Shown one piece after another: positions 63,201 through 64,000 of a stretch of 64,000 bases of DNA; positions within the stretch are counted from its first letter, which is position 1, and each line of letters begins with the position of its first letter. Location of the stretch: positions 1 to 64,000 of the forward strand of contig JABLTG010000115.1 of assembly GCA_016618085.1 (NCBI GenBank). Reading direction: 5' to 3'. Both the position numbers and the translations under genes were made by a program. Source of the stretch: Neovahlkampfia damariscottae. Lineage: Eukaryota. Under the pieces are notes generated by a model. It worked only from the letters and a program-made list of their open reading frames with translations. It had not been told where the DNA came from and did no database searches.

Positions 63201-64000
63201 ATCAATCAAAAAAATAGTATTAAAGAAGAAATAAAGAATAAAAATGAAATTATTCAACAAATTGAATTGAAGTTAAAAAAGAATAGAATTATAAATCAAC
63301 AAAAAATTGACAATACAATTGATTTATCAAAAGAAGAAATTAATTTTCAAATTTCAAAATTTCATAAAATTAAAGAGGAATTATCAAAGGACTCAAAAAT
63401 CTTTAATCAAAATTTTGATAAAATTGAAAAGAAAAAAAAAGAAATATTTGATTTTAAACAAAAATTACAATTCATTTCAATTGGTATATCAAAATTCAAA
63501 GAATCAATTGAATCATCAAAAAATATTGCAGATCAAGTAAATGAAGAAACATTTGAAAAAGTGAATTCAAAATTTAAAATATATTTCTCAAGTATGGTAC
63601 CAAATAAAATTGCATGTATCAAAAAAATTAGTTTGAAAATTGAGGAGGGTATTGATTTCGAAATTCAAAATTCAAATAATCAAAAGAAAACAATTTGTCC
63701 TTACAATGAAGTACATTGATCATTTTTTCTAATAATAATTATAGTTGAGTGGTGGTCAAAAAACCTTATTAAATATGTCATTTGTTTTTGCAATTTCACA
63801 AGTGAACAAATCACTATTTTATATTATAGATGAAGTGGATGCAGCTTTGGATGAAAATAATCAAGAAATAATTGCAAAATCAATAAAATCAATATTCAAA
63901 GATTGTCAAATTTTATCAATTTCACATAATTCAAATTTTCAATTAGAAGCTGAAAAAACAATCACAATTTCAAAAAAAGATGGCGTTTCAATTGTCAATA
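60280..64000 (+). CDS. SMC-family ATPase (divergent SMC2/SMC3-like); runs off the window end
   Basis: LSGFKSF, FNCIQGENGSGK|SNIFDSICFAL, long coiled coils, LSGGQK signature, YILDEVDAALD, ISH. Confidence 0.88.

Noticed and set aside
1..64000. Alternative genetic code or widespread frameshifting to explain fragmented ORFs
   Set aside because: Breaks in host genes are explained by short GT-AG introns, and long standard-code ORFs (1928 aa, 964 aa) exist

Overview
Very AT-rich, gene-dense eukaryotic (protist) nuclear DNA with short (~25-40 nt) GT-AG introns and tiny intergenic spacers. The gene content (EGF-repeat protease, RGS proteins, RLPH phosphatase) suggests a heterolobosean or similar amoeba; this is inference. 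About 35 host protein genes, an intron-containing tRNA-Asp(GTC) and an RNase MRP RNA are recognisable. The highlight is a 4,732-bp endogenous virophage/Polinton-like element at 41868-46599. It has terminal inverted repeats starting AGT(A/G)GTAGT and a 6-bp target-site duplication (GCTAGA/GTTAGA). It carries an intact virophage-type penton, a frameshifted maturation cysteine protease, a frameshifted packaging ATPase fused to a GIY-YIG fragment, and a truncated bacterial-type AAA-ATPase cargo gene with host-like upstream signals. It sits inside the coding sequence of a host RhoGAP gene, and removing it rejoins the two halves in frame. Other oddities: an intronless bacterial-type alpha-2-macroglobulin lacking the thioester motif, a PUB-MAPK fusion with a TYY activation loop, and a DEP-thioredoxin-RGS protein. 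All family calls come from motif recognition by eye, not database searches. Boundaries of multi-exon genes are approximate.
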